Assembly: GCA_016839555.1 (NCBI GenBank)
Contig: JAEOUA010000003.1
Coordinates: forward strand, 224,001 to 288,000
Length of the DNA stretch: 64,000 bases
Reading direction: 5' to 3'
DNA from: Promethearchaeota archaeon
GTDB lineage: Archaea > Asgardarchaeota > Lokiarchaeia > Sigyniarchaeales > SOKP01
Below the pieces are notes generated by a model, which was given only the letters and a program-made list of their open reading frames with translations, searched no databases and was not told where the DNA came from. A program made the translations under genes and the position numbers. This document shows, piece by piece, positions 10,134-20,445 of this stretch (within the stretch, counting starts at the first letter, position 1; each line of letters begins with the position of its first letter).

Positions 10134-11426
10134 CTAACTTTTATTGTTCATTAAAGGTAAAATTTGGGGTCCATTAGGCAATATTAATATTCTAGACTCT
10201 CCACCATGCTTTTTTAAACCTCTCAAAATCGCTTCTTCTACTGTTTTTGAATGTTTCAGACCAATATTCCCAAGTTCTCTTTTTTTAAGTTTAGAAATTA
10301 CATAAATTTCAGCTTTCATTAATATTCGTGCCAATATTTGAATCTCCCATTGGTCTGGCACATTAATCTCATTTTTTAAGATTTTTTTATGGATTTCTGC
10401 TGGTGAGAGAGACAAATTTATCAAATCTTTGAATTTTTCATGTCCGCTGCCTATGCCATCCGAACATTCATTTACTGATATTATTGTACCTCCATTCTTG
10501 ACGGCCATCTCTCCTATAGCCATACTCTTTACGGCTTGATATAGATTCAAATCCAAGGGATACCCTCCGTTCCCACATATAACAATATCATATGGTTTAT
10601 CAATTTTTTTAAAGACTTTTTTTAATTGGAAATTAACAAGATGTTTATGTGTCTCCTCTAAATTTCCAGCAGTAACTTTATTTATTTCATGGTTTTGATT
10701 AATGCAAACGTTTACAATAAAATCAACACCCACTTTTTTAGTAATTTCTATTGAATTTTTATGGATTGGATTATCCTCAAAAATTCCAAATCTTGCAAAT
10801 GGTGAAGCAATATTTTTTGCAGAATGATTGCCTTTTATGGTTTCATAGCCTGCAATTCCGGGGATTACTGATTTCCTACCTCCTGAGAATCCTGCAAAAA
10901 AGTGGGGTTCAACATAACCCGTGAGTATTTTTAAGTTTGCTGTATAGTAGTGTTTATTAATCCATATTGGAACTTCATCGCTATCAACCCCTAAATTTAT
11001 TAAATCATCTCTATTTGTAGCAATATGTCCAAATACTTCAATTCTTTTCCTAATTTCTTGACTTATAATTCTTTGCAATTCAGGTTCTCTACAAGAGCGA
11101 TGTAGTCCAGTAGCAATTAAAATGAGGATTTGATTATCACTGATTCCGTTTTCATTCAATTCTTTTATGAGAGCTTGAAGGATGAGGTGTGAAGGCACAG
11201 GCCTAGTTGCATCGGAAACAACAATACAGACTTTATTAATTGGTTTTTTTTGGTGAATAATATCTCTTAATACTGGTGACCCAATAGGATTATTAATTGC
11301 ATTTCTAATGGCTTTAATTGGTTCATGGATAGCTTCCTGATGTTTGGGATAAAAAATATCAACCTTCCAATCTGGCTGAAGTGAGATATCCAAGCCATTT
11401 TTACCATAATCGATTTTAACGTTCAG
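10134..11426 (-). CDS. larA: Nickel-pincer-dependent lactate racemase family protein (LarA homolog)
   Basis: SDATRP, ATGLHR, EPHFFAGFSGGRKS, NHS, LYQAVK. Frame extends past the track start (11393) as LNVKIDYGKNGL to a CTG at 11426. Confidence 0.88.
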   Translation of the reverse strand: MNVKIDYGKNGLDISLQPDWKVDIFYPKHQEAIHEPIKAIRNAINNPIGSPVLRDIIHQKKPINKVCIVVSDATRPVPSHLILQALIKELNENGISDNQILILIATGLHRSCREPELQRIISQEIRKRIEVFGHIATNRDDLINLGVDSDEVPIWINKHYYTANLKILTGYVEPHFFAGFSGGRKSVIPGIAGYETIKGNHSAKNIASPFARFGIFEDNPIHKNSIEITKKVGVDFIVNVCINQNHEINKVTAGNLEETHKHLVNFQLKKVFKKIDKPYDIVICGNGGYPLDLNLYQAVKSMAIGEMAVKNGGTIISVNECSDGIGSGHEKFKDLINLSLSPAEIHKKILKNEINVPDQWEIQILARILMKAEIYVISKLKKRELGNIGLKHSKTVEEAILRGLKKHGGESRILILPNGPQILPLMNNKS

Positions 11427-13168
11427 AATTCTCTCCTCTTATGAAGAATTTCTCTGGCTTTTTCAAATATATAGCAAGTATCAACACCAGAGGGACATAA
11501 TTCTTTACATAATCCACATAAAGTACATGCATGAAATATATCATTAATTAATCTATTTGGTTTTAAATCACCATAAACCAAACCGTTTAAGATGCTTAAA
11601 CGGCCCCTTGGGCTATATGCTTCAATAAAATAATTCATTCGAGACGGGCATAAATTTATACAGAACCCGCATCTCATACATCGTAATTCTAAAATTTTAT
11701 CTTCTTGATTTTTTAATTTTCTGGAGATTTTTATCGAGCTTAATTTTCTCTGATCCCCTTTCCCAATACCTGGATTTAGAATTTGATGTGGATCGAATAA
11801 TTTTTTAATATTATTCATTAAATCAACCACTTCAGAGCCATGCTCTAATTCAAGATAAGGAGTTTTAATTTTTCCAATTCCATGTTCACCCGTTAAAGTT
11901 CCCCCAGAAGGAATTATGATCTTTTTATAGAGAAAATCTATTGCTTTTTTAAAATCTTCTACATCTTCTGGGTTATTTTCATTAAACATAAATGTGGGAT
12001 GTAGATTTCCTTCCATATGACAGATCGTAGCAACTATTAAATTTTTAGCCCCAATTTTTTTTGGGAGGTCTTCTATTTTTTTTATAATACTATCAAATTG
12101 CGTTATTTTTATGGTACAATCTTCAACGCAAGTGGTGGGCATTAATCGTGATAATGCTGGAAGATTTGCCTTCCTTGCTAAAATCAATCTTTCTCTCTCC
12201 TTTTCATTGCTCGCAATTCTATGCAATATAGGATTATTAGTCATTATTTTCTCAAACATAAGATTAAAATCATTTTCTACTTCATCTTCAGAGTTTCCAT
12301 CGACTTCAGCAAGTAAAACATATCCATTCGGAAATTCCAAAAATTCTCCTCCTAAATAGTCTGTCACCGCTTTTAAAATCACTTTATCCATAAATTCAAG
12401 TAGATTAGGAACTATTCTTGTTGATCTTAGCTCAATAGCAGCATTTTTTAACTTTTTAATATCATCAAAAATAAAGAGTGCTAACTTTCGAAATTTGGGA
12501 TATGGTCTAATTCTTAAGCCAATTTTGGTTATAACACCGAGTGTTCCCTCAGAACCAATTATTAAATCTTTTAAATTATATGATGAGACAGATTTTAACA
12601 CGTCGGTGCCCAGATGAAGTATTTTACCATTGGGTAATACAATATCAAGAAAAAGGACATAATTCTTAGTAACACCATATTTAAAAGCTTGAATACCGCC
12701 TGCATTATTCGCAACCATACCGCCGAGGGTGGCTACTGAACTAGAGCCTGGGTCAGGCGGAAAAAAATATCCCAATTTTTTTAATTTATCATTCAAATCA
12801 TCGCATATAACCCCAGGTTGGACTACTACTAGATTATTTTCTATATCAATTTTTAGTATTTTATTCATTTTAGTTAAGTCTAACACAATTCCCCCAAATG
12901 GTGTCATTGGACCTCCAGATAAACTTGTACCATTCCCTCGTGGGATAATTGTAATCAATTCTTTATCTGCAAGTATTAATATCTCAGAAATCTGATTATC
13001 TGTTTCAGGCGTGAGGATTAAATCGGGAATCCAATCTCGTTCAAATAAAGTTCCTCCAAATGCATATGTCCATCTTATTTCGAATTCATCATAGAAATTA
13101 GTTTCTCCCACAATTTGTTTAAATTCTTCTTTTAAATCAGGGTTGAGTTCTGAATAACCATGGCTCAT
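11423..13168 (-). CDS. FAD-linked oxidase (GlcD/D-2-hydroxyacid dehydrogenase-like) fused to a C-terminal 2x[4Fe-4S] domain
   Basis: PRGNGTSLSGG, FPPDPGS, GSEGTLG, GNLH, GEHGIG, NPG; CMRCGFCINLCP and CTLCGLCKELCP. Confidence 0.9.
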   Translation of the reverse strand: MSHGYSELNPDLKEEFKQIVGETNFYDEFEIRWTYAFGGTLFERDWIPDLILTPETDNQISEILILADKELITIIPRGNGTSLSGGPMTPFGGIVLDLTKMNKILKIDIENNLVVVQPGVICDDLNDKLKKLGYFFPPDPGSSSVATLGGMVANNAGGIQAFKYGVTKNYVLFLDIVLPNGKILHLGTDVLKSVSSYNLKDLIIGSEGTLGVITKIGLRIRPYPKFRKLALFIFDDIKKLKNAAIELRSTRIVPNLLEFMDKVILKAVTDYLGGEFLEFPNGYVLLAEVDGNSEDEVENDFNLMFEKIMTNNPILHRIASNEKERERLILARKANLPALSRLMPTTCVEDCTIKITQFDSIIKKIEDLPKKIGAKNLIVATICHMEGNLHPTFMFNENNPEDVEDFKKAIDFLYKKIIIPSGGTLTGEHGIGKIKTPYLELEHGSEVVDLMNNIKKLFDPHQILNPGIGKGDQRKLSSIKISRKLKNQEDKILELRCMRCGFCINLCPSRMNYFIEAYSPRGRLSILNGLVYGDLKPNRLINDIFHACTLCGLCKELCPSGVDTCYIFEKAREILHKRREF

Positions 13169-13224
13169 TATAACAATCTAAATTTAATTAAATATCCTAT
13201 CTAAAAAATCTTAATTGATTTAAA

Positions 13225-14109
13225 TTATAATGTTTTAAATTCTGAATTATTAAAACCAAGATTTTTCAGAATATCTACGGCACCTCCAATTATTTCCCTC
13301 ATAAATTCCTCCATACTAAGGATTTTTTCGCTGTGTCCGGAGGCAGGACTCCATATACTTTTATCCTTTAATTGAAAATGATAGATTTGCTTATAATACT
13401 CCTCATCAAAAATATCTTGATTTATAAGCCGGTTTTTAAAACTTTCAGGTGCGGGACATTCTTTTGTGGCCATTATTGCGGTTCCAAAACACACTGCTTC
13501 AGCACCCATAGTTAATGCTGCTAAAAAGCCTCTTGCATCACCGAATCCTCCAGCTGCAATTATCGGGATATTCAAAAGTTTTTTTCCTATTGTTATATTA
13601 ATTAAACTCGTTTGCTGATTAGGATTTTTAAATCCAGTACCTTCAAGACCGACTAAAGTAACAGCATCAGCTCCATCTTTTTCTGCTGAAATTGCATGAG
13701 GAATTGTAGAGCATTTATGGAACCAATAATAACCTTTTTTATGTACGAGATCTCCAAGCTTATTTGCTTTATAAGCGGATGTCGTAAAAAATTTTACTCC
13801 ATGATCAATTGCTAAATTTATATATTCAATATAAGTGTCTTCCGTTCTTGCATTTGGATTTTTTTCTGCCATCATGGGAGGTGCCACAGTTAAATTGATT
13901 CCATAAGGTTTTGTTGTTAGTTTTTCCATTAATTCTAATTCTTCCCTAAATTTCTTAAGGTTAGAAAAGTTCAATGCTGTTATTATTCCTAATCCTCCCG
14001 CATTAGAAAAAGCAGCTGCGAATTTTGCCCTTCCAATACCTGCAAATGCTCCCATGACAACTGGATATTTAACTCCCGTAATTTTAGTAATCTTAGTAGT
14101 CCATTTCAT
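13225..14109 (-). CDS. Nitronate monooxygenase / FabK-like FMN-dependent oxidoreductase
   Basis: AAAFSNAGGLGII, KPYGINL, PIIAAGG, GAEAVCFGT..ATKE. Confidence 0.85.
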   Translation of the reverse strand: MKWTTKITKITGVKYPVVMGAFAGIGRAKFAAAFSNAGGLGIITALNFSNLKKFREELELMEKLTTKPYGINLTVAPPMMAEKNPNARTEDTYIEYINLAIDHGVKFFTTSAYKANKLGDLVHKKGYYWFHKCSTIPHAISAEKDGADAVTLVGLEGTGFKNPNQQTSLINITIGKKLLNIPIIAAGGFGDARGFLAALTMGAEAVCFGTAIMATKECPAPESFKNRLINQDIFDEEYYKQIYHFQLKDKSIWSPASGHSEKILSMEEFMREIIGGAVDILKNLGFNNSEFKTL

Positions 14110-14280
14110 TTTTATATAATATAGAGATTCTAGGTAAAAATAATTGATTTTGAAAAAAATAATTTTCTAATTTTAATTTTCATTTTAGCTTAAAAAAATC
14201 TGATTTAGATCTTATAGGACAAAAATTTTTAATTTAGGAATAGTATTTAATTAATACTAAAAAAATATGATGGCTTCTTC

Positions 14281-14697
14281 ATGAGTAAAGTTCTGCAAGA
14301 TATCTACATTCTTACTGATTCCGGTACAACTATATGGAGTCGAGTTTTTGATCCAAAAATTAACGCACAAATGTTTGGAGCAGTAATGAGCGCCATCAAT
14401 AAATTTGCAGAACAAATTACTGAATCTGGTATAACAAATTTTGAATTAATTAAGAAACAATTTGTTATAATAAAAAAGAAAGATCTATTATTTATTGGAA
14501 ATGCTGGAAACAAAGTTAAACAAAAGAAGGTTAAGAATGAATTAAACCGAATCTCTGAAAAATTTTTTGAATTATATTCAGATCAATTACACCGAATTAA
14601 AAAATTTGGTGACATCTCTTTATTATCTGATTTTGAAGACCATATTGAGCCCTCTTTAGAAGATACTATTAATAAATTTCAAAAAGCTTTTTGGTAA
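14281..14697 (+). CDS. Longin-like domain protein (eukaryotic signature protein type)
   Basis: Beta-beta-alpha-beta-beta-beta-alpha-alpha pattern: IYILTDSGTTIWSR, MFGAVMSAINKFAEQI, FVIIK, LLFIG, LNRISEKFFELY, FEDHI. Confidence 0.75.
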   Translation: MSKVLQDIYILTDSGTTIWSRVFDPKINAQMFGAVMSAINKFAEQITESGITNFELIKKQFVIIKKKDLLFIGNAGNKVKQKKVKNELNRISEKFFELYSDQLHRIKKFGDISLLSDFEDHIEPSLEDTINKFQKAFW

Positions 14698-14994
14698 ACC
14701 GCGCTTTTATTATTTTTGGACGCAATTTTTAAAATTATATTTATATAGAAATTTAATAGTATGAAATTGATATATAGAAAAAAACAATGGAATAAAATAG
14801 TGAAAGAAAATGCTAATTTAGAGATTTTATATTTTCTTCTGAACCAAGGTTAATTCTCGTCCTTTTTTAAAAGAAGATAATAAGAAATCTTGTCAATAAT
14901 ATTTTTAAGGATTTTGGCTTTCTGTATTTATAATATGTTTATAAAAAATCTTAACATATAATTCAATAAGAGAAGAAAAATTAGAAAAACTATC

Positions 14995-15606
14995 ATGAAT
15001 ATAAACTCTAAAAAGCATTTGAAATTTAAAATTGTCGTAGCAGGGTCTAAAAATGTGGGAAAATCAAGTCTGATTCGCCGATATGCTACAGGAAAATTTG
15101 AATCAGACCTTCTTAGCACAATAGGAGTAGACTTTGAAACTAAAAGAGTTCAAGTAAGTGATATGGATATTCTTTTGAACATTTGGGACTTTGCAGGTGA
15201 GGAAAAGTTCAGAATATTATTCCCTGCTTATGTATCTGGAGCATCTGGAGCGATCTTACTATATGATATTACAAATCAGGATTCTTTATCTGATTTAGAT
15301 GATTGGATGGAAGTTATAACTTCAGTTCCAAATAGTCCTAAAACTTTAATATTAGTTGAAGCAAAGGTTGATTTGGAGCATAAACGGGAAGTTATGAGAG
15401 AAGAAGGAGAATATTTTTTTAATAAGCATAATTTTAAAGGAAAATTGTTAGGTACTTCTTCTAAGACCGGTAAAAATGTTGAAAAGGTCTTTAAATTGAT
15501 GGGAAGAGAAATCATAAAAAATAGTCTAAATAAATGTCAGAATTGTGGAAATTATTACCCCATAGAGCAAAAGTTCTGCCAATACTGCGGTAAAAAAACT
15601 CAATAA
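14995..15606 (+). CDS. Rab/Ras-like small GTPase with C-terminal zinc ribbon
   Basis: G1 GSKNVGKS, G2 STIGVDF, G3 WDFAGEE, G4 EAKVD, G5 TSSKT; tail CQNC..CQYC. Confidence 0.92.
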   Translation: MNINSKKHLKFKIVVAGSKNVGKSSLIRRYATGKFESDLLSTIGVDFETKRVQVSDMDILLNIWDFAGEEKFRILFPAYVSGASGAILLYDITNQDSLSDLDDWMEVITSVPNSPKTLILVEAKVDLEHKREVMREEGEYFFNKHNFKGKLLGTSSKTGKNVEKVFKLMGREIIKNSLNKCQNCGNYYPIEQKFCQYCGKKTQ

Positions 15607-15784
15607 ATTGAATTTCTCCCATTAAATATAAATAATTTATATTCAACATAGTTAAAGGTAAACAATCGTAATCATTTTCAATTACTAGGAATTATAGGAT
15701 AAATATAGAGTAGATTATTCTTTTTAAAAAATTTAAAATGAATTTAAAAATTTATTAAGGTAAAAAAAATAGTACTGATTCAAA

Positions 15785-16852
15785 TTGAATTATAGTTTTC
15801 AAGAAGATGTAAAAGAGATAATTTCTAGATTAAAAGAGGATAATATCTCATTTAAAGATAAAACGATTTTAGTAACAGGTGGAGCCGGATTCCTTGGGTC
15901 GTGGGTATGTGATGTTTTAGTTGAGCAAGGAGCTTACTGTATATGTCTTGACAATTTATGTTCGGGATCCACCGAAAATATACAACATTTAATGGATAAA
16001 GATAATTTTAGGTTTATCAATCATGATATCTCTCAACCTATCTTTTTCGGCTACAGCCATCACCCAAACGGCGTTTGTATAGGGGATATTAAAAAGATAG
16101 ATATAATAATGCATATGGCCAGTAGAGCTTCTCCATTTGAATTTAAAGATCATCCCATTTCAATTTTGAAAAGCAATACCTTAGGAACAATGATTGCCTT
16201 AGGGATAGCAAAGGCACATAATGCATTATTCTTTTATACAAGCACTTCAGAAATATATGGAAATCCTCCTGATGAGGAAATACCCACCTCCGAGTCATAT
16301 TTCGGTCATGTAAACCCCTTAGGACCGAGGAGTTGTTATGATGAATCAAAAAGAGCTGGAGAGGCATTTATTAAAGCTTATGAACTTCAGCACGATATTA
16401 AAACAAAAATTGTGAGAATATTTAATACTTCGGGACCAAGAATAAGATATGGTCCTAAATTTGGAAGGGTTGTTCCCAATTTTATTCACCAAGCAATTAA
16501 TAATTTAGACATTACCGTTTTTGGCGATGGGTCGCAAACCCGCTCATTTACATATGTAATAGATGAAGTCGAAGGAATTTTGAAAATGGTTTATAATGAA
16601 AAAGCAATAGGAGAAGTAATAAATCTTGGAAATGATAAAGAATTTACTATTTTAGAACTGGCTAAAATAATTCTTGAGCTAACGGGCTCTGATTCGAAAA
16701 TTATATTTAAAACATTACCGATTGATGATCCGCAAAGAAGGTGTCCAGACTTAACTAAGGCAAAAAAAATTTTAAATTGGGAGCCAAAAACATCATTAAG
16801 AGAGGGCTTAAGAAAGACTATAGCTTATTTTAGAGATCAAAATAAACAATGA
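15785..16852 (+). CDS. UDP-glucuronate decarboxylase (UDP-xylose synthase) family extended SDR
   Basis: TGGAGFLGS, ASRASP, STSEIYG, RSCYDESKR, GDGSQTRSF, DDPQRRCPD. Confidence 0.9.
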   Translation: MNYSFQEDVKEIISRLKEDNISFKDKTILVTGGAGFLGSWVCDVLVEQGAYCICLDNLCSGSTENIQHLMDKDNFRFINHDISQPIFFGYSHHPNGVCIGDIKKIDIIMHMASRASPFEFKDHPISILKSNTLGTMIALGIAKAHNALFFYTSTSEIYGNPPDEEIPTSESYFGHVNPLGPRSCYDESKRAGEAFIKAYELQHDIKTKIVRIFNTSGPRIRYGPKFGRVVPNFIHQAINNLDITVFGDGSQTRSFTYVIDEVEGILKMVYNEKAIGEVINLGNDKEFTILELAKIILELTGSDSKIIFKTLPIDDPQRRCPDLTKAKKILNWEPKTSLREGLRKTIAYFRDQNKQ

Positions 16853-16862
16853 ACTCATCTCA

Positions 16863-17390
16863 ATGTCAATTAAAGAAGAAGTATCATCTAAGGAAGATCA
16901 AGAAGCCAAAAAGGGCTTTAAACATTTTGGAAAAATATTAACTGTTTGCTTAATTGTAGGAATTTTAATTATCACTGGATTTATAATTTTCTATGCTATA
17001 AATCCAGAAAATCCTTATCATGTATATACTATCTTAAATGAAGATAAGCGGATGGAAGCTTATCCCATTAATGCCTCTGTTGGAGAAGATATTTATTTTT
17101 ATGTAGGGTTAGGAAATTATCTTGAAGAAAATTTAATATTTACTATACGAATTTCTAAAGGTGATAACACTACCATATTAACTCCATTTGGGACTTTAAA
17201 TGGAATTTATAATTATACAGCTGCTAATTTCATCTTAAGTCATGAAAGAATATGGATTTCAAATCAATTAAATATGTCATTCTATGAAACTGGAAAACGC
17301 ATAATTATAGCTGAGCTCTATGGAATTACAGCAGAATCGAAAGAATTTATTTATAACGTAGTTTTCTTACGAGTAAATGTAACACTTTAA
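16863..17390 (+). CDS. DUF1616-like single-TM protein
   Basis: N-terminal TM, then ILN...AYP, VGLGN, beta-rich extracellular domain. Confidence 0.6.
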   Translation: MSIKEEVSSKEDQEAKKGFKHFGKILTVCLIVGILIITGFIIFYAINPENPYHVYTILNEDKRMEAYPINASVGEDIYFYVGLGNYLEENLIFTIRISKGDNTTILTPFGTLNGIYNYTAANFILSHERIWISNQLNMSFYETGKRIIIAELYGITAESKEFIYNVVFLRVNVTL

Positions 17391-17392
17391 CT

Positions 17393-18775
17393 TTAATTCT
17401 TACGATCACTTCCTATTATTTGCACATTTTCTATTTTAACGTAAGGAGCTTTATATTGGCCGTACGCTTTAGATTGCTTCGATATTGCGGAAATATTGTT
17501 AAATAAATCAAAAAGATTAATTCCTAACATTGTTTCATTTAATGGGTGCTTTATCTCACCATCTATAATTAAATTGCCGTGAAGTATTAATCCTGAAAAA
17601 TCACCTGTTGAGATATTTGGGGAATCTCCAGTATAATCAAGCAGAATTCCTTTCGATATATCTTGAAAAATTTCTTGCTTTGAGGAATTTCCCGAAGTAA
17701 GGATAAAATTATTTACTCCAATTCCTGGAGGAGATGTATAAGAAGAGCGAATAGCATTTCCTGTACTTTCAACACCTTCTTTTGCCGCAGTATAACTATT
17801 ATGAAGTAATCCATCATTTAAGAATTTTCCATCATTAATTATAGTTTTATTTCTACAAGGTACTCCTTCATCATCCGATATTGAGGATCCAATAGAGCCA
17901 TCAATCAAACCATTATCTTCTATAGTAATTAATTCTGAACCAATTTTATCACCTTTATGTCCAACTAGGAAACTTCTTTTATATTGAAAGTTTTCTGCAT
18001 TTATCGCTAAAGAAATTGGTTTTAAAATTAGGCTAATAGTGCTTCTAGGGGTTAAAATAACAGGAACCTTCATGCTTTTTATTTTTTTTCTTTTAAGATT
18101 TCTTTTTGCAGATTTTAAAGCATTCTGAGCGACCTTTTTGGCATCTAAATCTTTTAAATTTCTTATAAGCTGCCAATCATCTCCATAAGAAGTTTCTTTG
18201 GTTGTTTTGTCTTTAGCAATTATATTCGAAATTATCGAACAAATAGTTTCCTTACGAGATATATCTATTCCATTAGAATTAAGAATAAATATTTCAGAAC
18301 AATTTGTTTTAAATTCAGCTGATTGAGAGATTGCTGATTCATCATTCTTGCACACATCGATAACATCTTGAATATATTCTGAAGCATCCTCAATTTCTAA
18401 ATTCTTAATATTTTTATCATAGAGATTATTTATTTTAGGATATTTCTTATGTTTTTCAGGAAGATTCTTGAAATCGATGTCAGGTGTGGCTCCTTTCATT
18501 AATTTAATTGCTTTTTTAACCATTTCATCAAGCTTTTTCTTGTCAAATTTATTAGTAAATGAAAAGCCACACGCACCATTTTTATCAAATATTCGTATAG
18601 AAATTCCATTTTCAAAACCTAATTTACTATATTTAATCGAATTCTCTTCTATATCAACATTCAAATATTGATCTTTATTTAGATAAGCCTCTGAACATTT
18701 TATATTAGTATTTTTCGTTTCTACTAAATTAATTACTTTTTGAACTAATCGATGAGGATCAAATTCATTATTCAT
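17393..18775 (-). CDS. pmbA: TldE/PmbA family protein
   Basis: DDEGVP, STGNA, STGDFS; no HExxH; follows tldD. Confidence 0.88.
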   Translation of the reverse strand: MNNEFDPHRLVQKVINLVETKNTNIKCSEAYLNKDQYLNVDIEENSIKYSKLGFENGISIRIFDKNGACGFSFTNKFDKKKLDEMVKKAIKLMKGATPDIDFKNLPEKHKKYPKINNLYDKNIKNLEIEDASEYIQDVIDVCKNDESAISQSAEFKTNCSEIFILNSNGIDISRKETICSIISNIIAKDKTTKETSYGDDWQLIRNLKDLDAKKVAQNALKSAKRNLKRKKIKSMKVPVILTPRSTISLILKPISLAINAENFQYKRSFLVGHKGDKIGSELITIEDNGLIDGSIGSSISDDEGVPCRNKTIINDGKFLNDGLLHNSYTAAKEGVESTGNAIRSSYTSPPGIGVNNFILTSGNSSKQEIFQDISKGILLDYTGDSPNISTGDFSGLILHGNLIIDGEIKHPLNETMLGINLFDLFNNISAISKQSKAYGQYKAPYVKIENVQIIGSDRKN

Positions 18776-20220
18776 TAATTTAAACCCCCGATAGTTACAT
18801 CCTTTACTCGAACAAATGGGCCACCATCACATACTCTTACTCTTTGTCCTCCTTTTCCACATATACCATCTGAATAATCTAATTCTTTCCCAATCGCAGT
18901 TATTTTATTAAGAATTTCTAATGTCATACCAGATAATGAAACATCTCTCATCATTTTTGTTTTTTCTCCATGTTCTATTCGATACGATAATTTACATTTA
19001 AATTGAAAATTTCCAGAAGCGGGGTCTGTATACCCATATTGAAACGCCTCGCAAAAGATGCCGTCATCAATTTCCTCAATCATATCTTCAAGTTTCCAGT
19101 CTTCTGGACTTAAAACCGTTATTCCCATTCTTACTTGAGGGTATGAGCTGACAGAAGATGCTCGTCCATGTCCATTTGGACTTTCATTCATCCTTGATGC
19201 AGTCTCTAAGCTATGAAGATAATTTTTTAATATCCCATTTTCGATTATTTTTGTTTTTTGAGAAGGAACACCTTCATCATCAAACATATAGGAACCAAAT
19301 AATTCATAAGGTAAATTATTTTTCTTTCCACTCCCAATTCTTGGGTCATCTGTGATTGTAACTTCTTCAAGAGCCACTTTTTCTCCAATTTTTCCCTCTA
19401 ATATGCTCTCTTTATTAAGAATATGATCAGCTTCTACGGCATGGCCAAAAGCTTCATGAATAAAAGTTCCTGTTAATTCAGGATCCATTATTATTGTGAA
19501 TTTTCCTCCTTTAGGTGATTTAGCGTCCAATAATTCTATTGCTTCCTTAGCAGATTTGAAACTAATGTTTTTCGCTTTTTTAGTATCATGCAATTCAAAT
19601 CCACCTAAACCACCAATAGAATTTACACTTTTTTGAATCAATCCATTTTTTTGAGCATATACAACACAAAATAATCGTGAAATTGGTTCTTTTTGATATA
19701 TTTTGGAACCAAAGGAATTTAAAAATAAATTTTTACTAATTGAATCATAATAAAGCGAATGAGTATTTTTAATCTGAGAATCGTATTGATTCGCAATATC
19801 TTCATGATTTTTAACTAATTCAATTTTTTCAGAGATATCAACATTCTCTAAATCTTTTTTAGTTTCCAATTCAAACTTGAATGTTATTGGATCTCTTTCT
19901 TTTATTTTATAATTCATGTTTGTTTGAGATTCTGATAAGATCGCTAATTTTATTGCTTTTTCGAATCCCAATTCTATTGATTTTCTGGAAATATCTTCAA
20001 GAGAAAAAAAACCCCATCCGCCGTTATAAAAAGTTCTGATACCACAGCTCTCTTTTTGATAGGTCGATAATTCTTTACTTTTATTATCAGTGAATTCCAC
20101 CGTTACCCCTGTTTTGATGGCTGTTCTAATATCCCAATAGTCTAATTTATTTCGAGATAACTCATCTAATCTTTTTATTAAATTATCATCAAAGATTTTT
20201 AATTCGTCTATTAGGTCCAT
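18775..20220 (-). CDS. tldD: TldD metalloprotease
   Basis: HEAFGHAVEAD, FDDEG, NGHGR, CGKGGQ.V.V.DGGP. Confidence 0.92.
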   Translation of the reverse strand: MDLIDELKIFDDNLIKRLDELSRNKLDYWDIRTAIKTGVTVEFTDNKSKELSTYQKESCGIRTFYNGGWGFFSLEDISRKSIELGFEKAIKLAILSESQTNMNYKIKERDPITFKFELETKKDLENVDISEKIELVKNHEDIANQYDSQIKNTHSLYYDSISKNLFLNSFGSKIYQKEPISRLFCVVYAQKNGLIQKSVNSIGGLGGFELHDTKKAKNISFKSAKEAIELLDAKSPKGGKFTIIMDPELTGTFIHEAFGHAVEADHILNKESILEGKIGEKVALEEVTITDDPRIGSGKKNNLPYELFGSYMFDDEGVPSQKTKIIENGILKNYLHSLETASRMNESPNGHGRASSVSSYPQVRMGITVLSPEDWKLEDMIEEIDDGIFCEAFQYGYTDPASGNFQFKCKLSYRIEHGEKTKMMRDVSLSGMTLEILNKITAIGKELDYSDGICGKGGQRVRVCDGGPFVRVKDVTIGGLN

Positions 20221-20445
20221 AAAATTGATACAAAAAGATAATTTATTATTATTTTTTTTGTCTGATATAGTTATAAAAATTAATACAAAATAAAAGTTAC
20301 TTTTTTATCATTTATTAATTCTTAAGGTATTTAATAAGAGACTTTTTTCTTTCATAAATTATTAGACTTAATATAAAAATATTTAAATTTACCAACAGAC
20401 TATTATGAGAAAAAAAATTTAAGAGATTTGTTTTTTCTCTATTCT

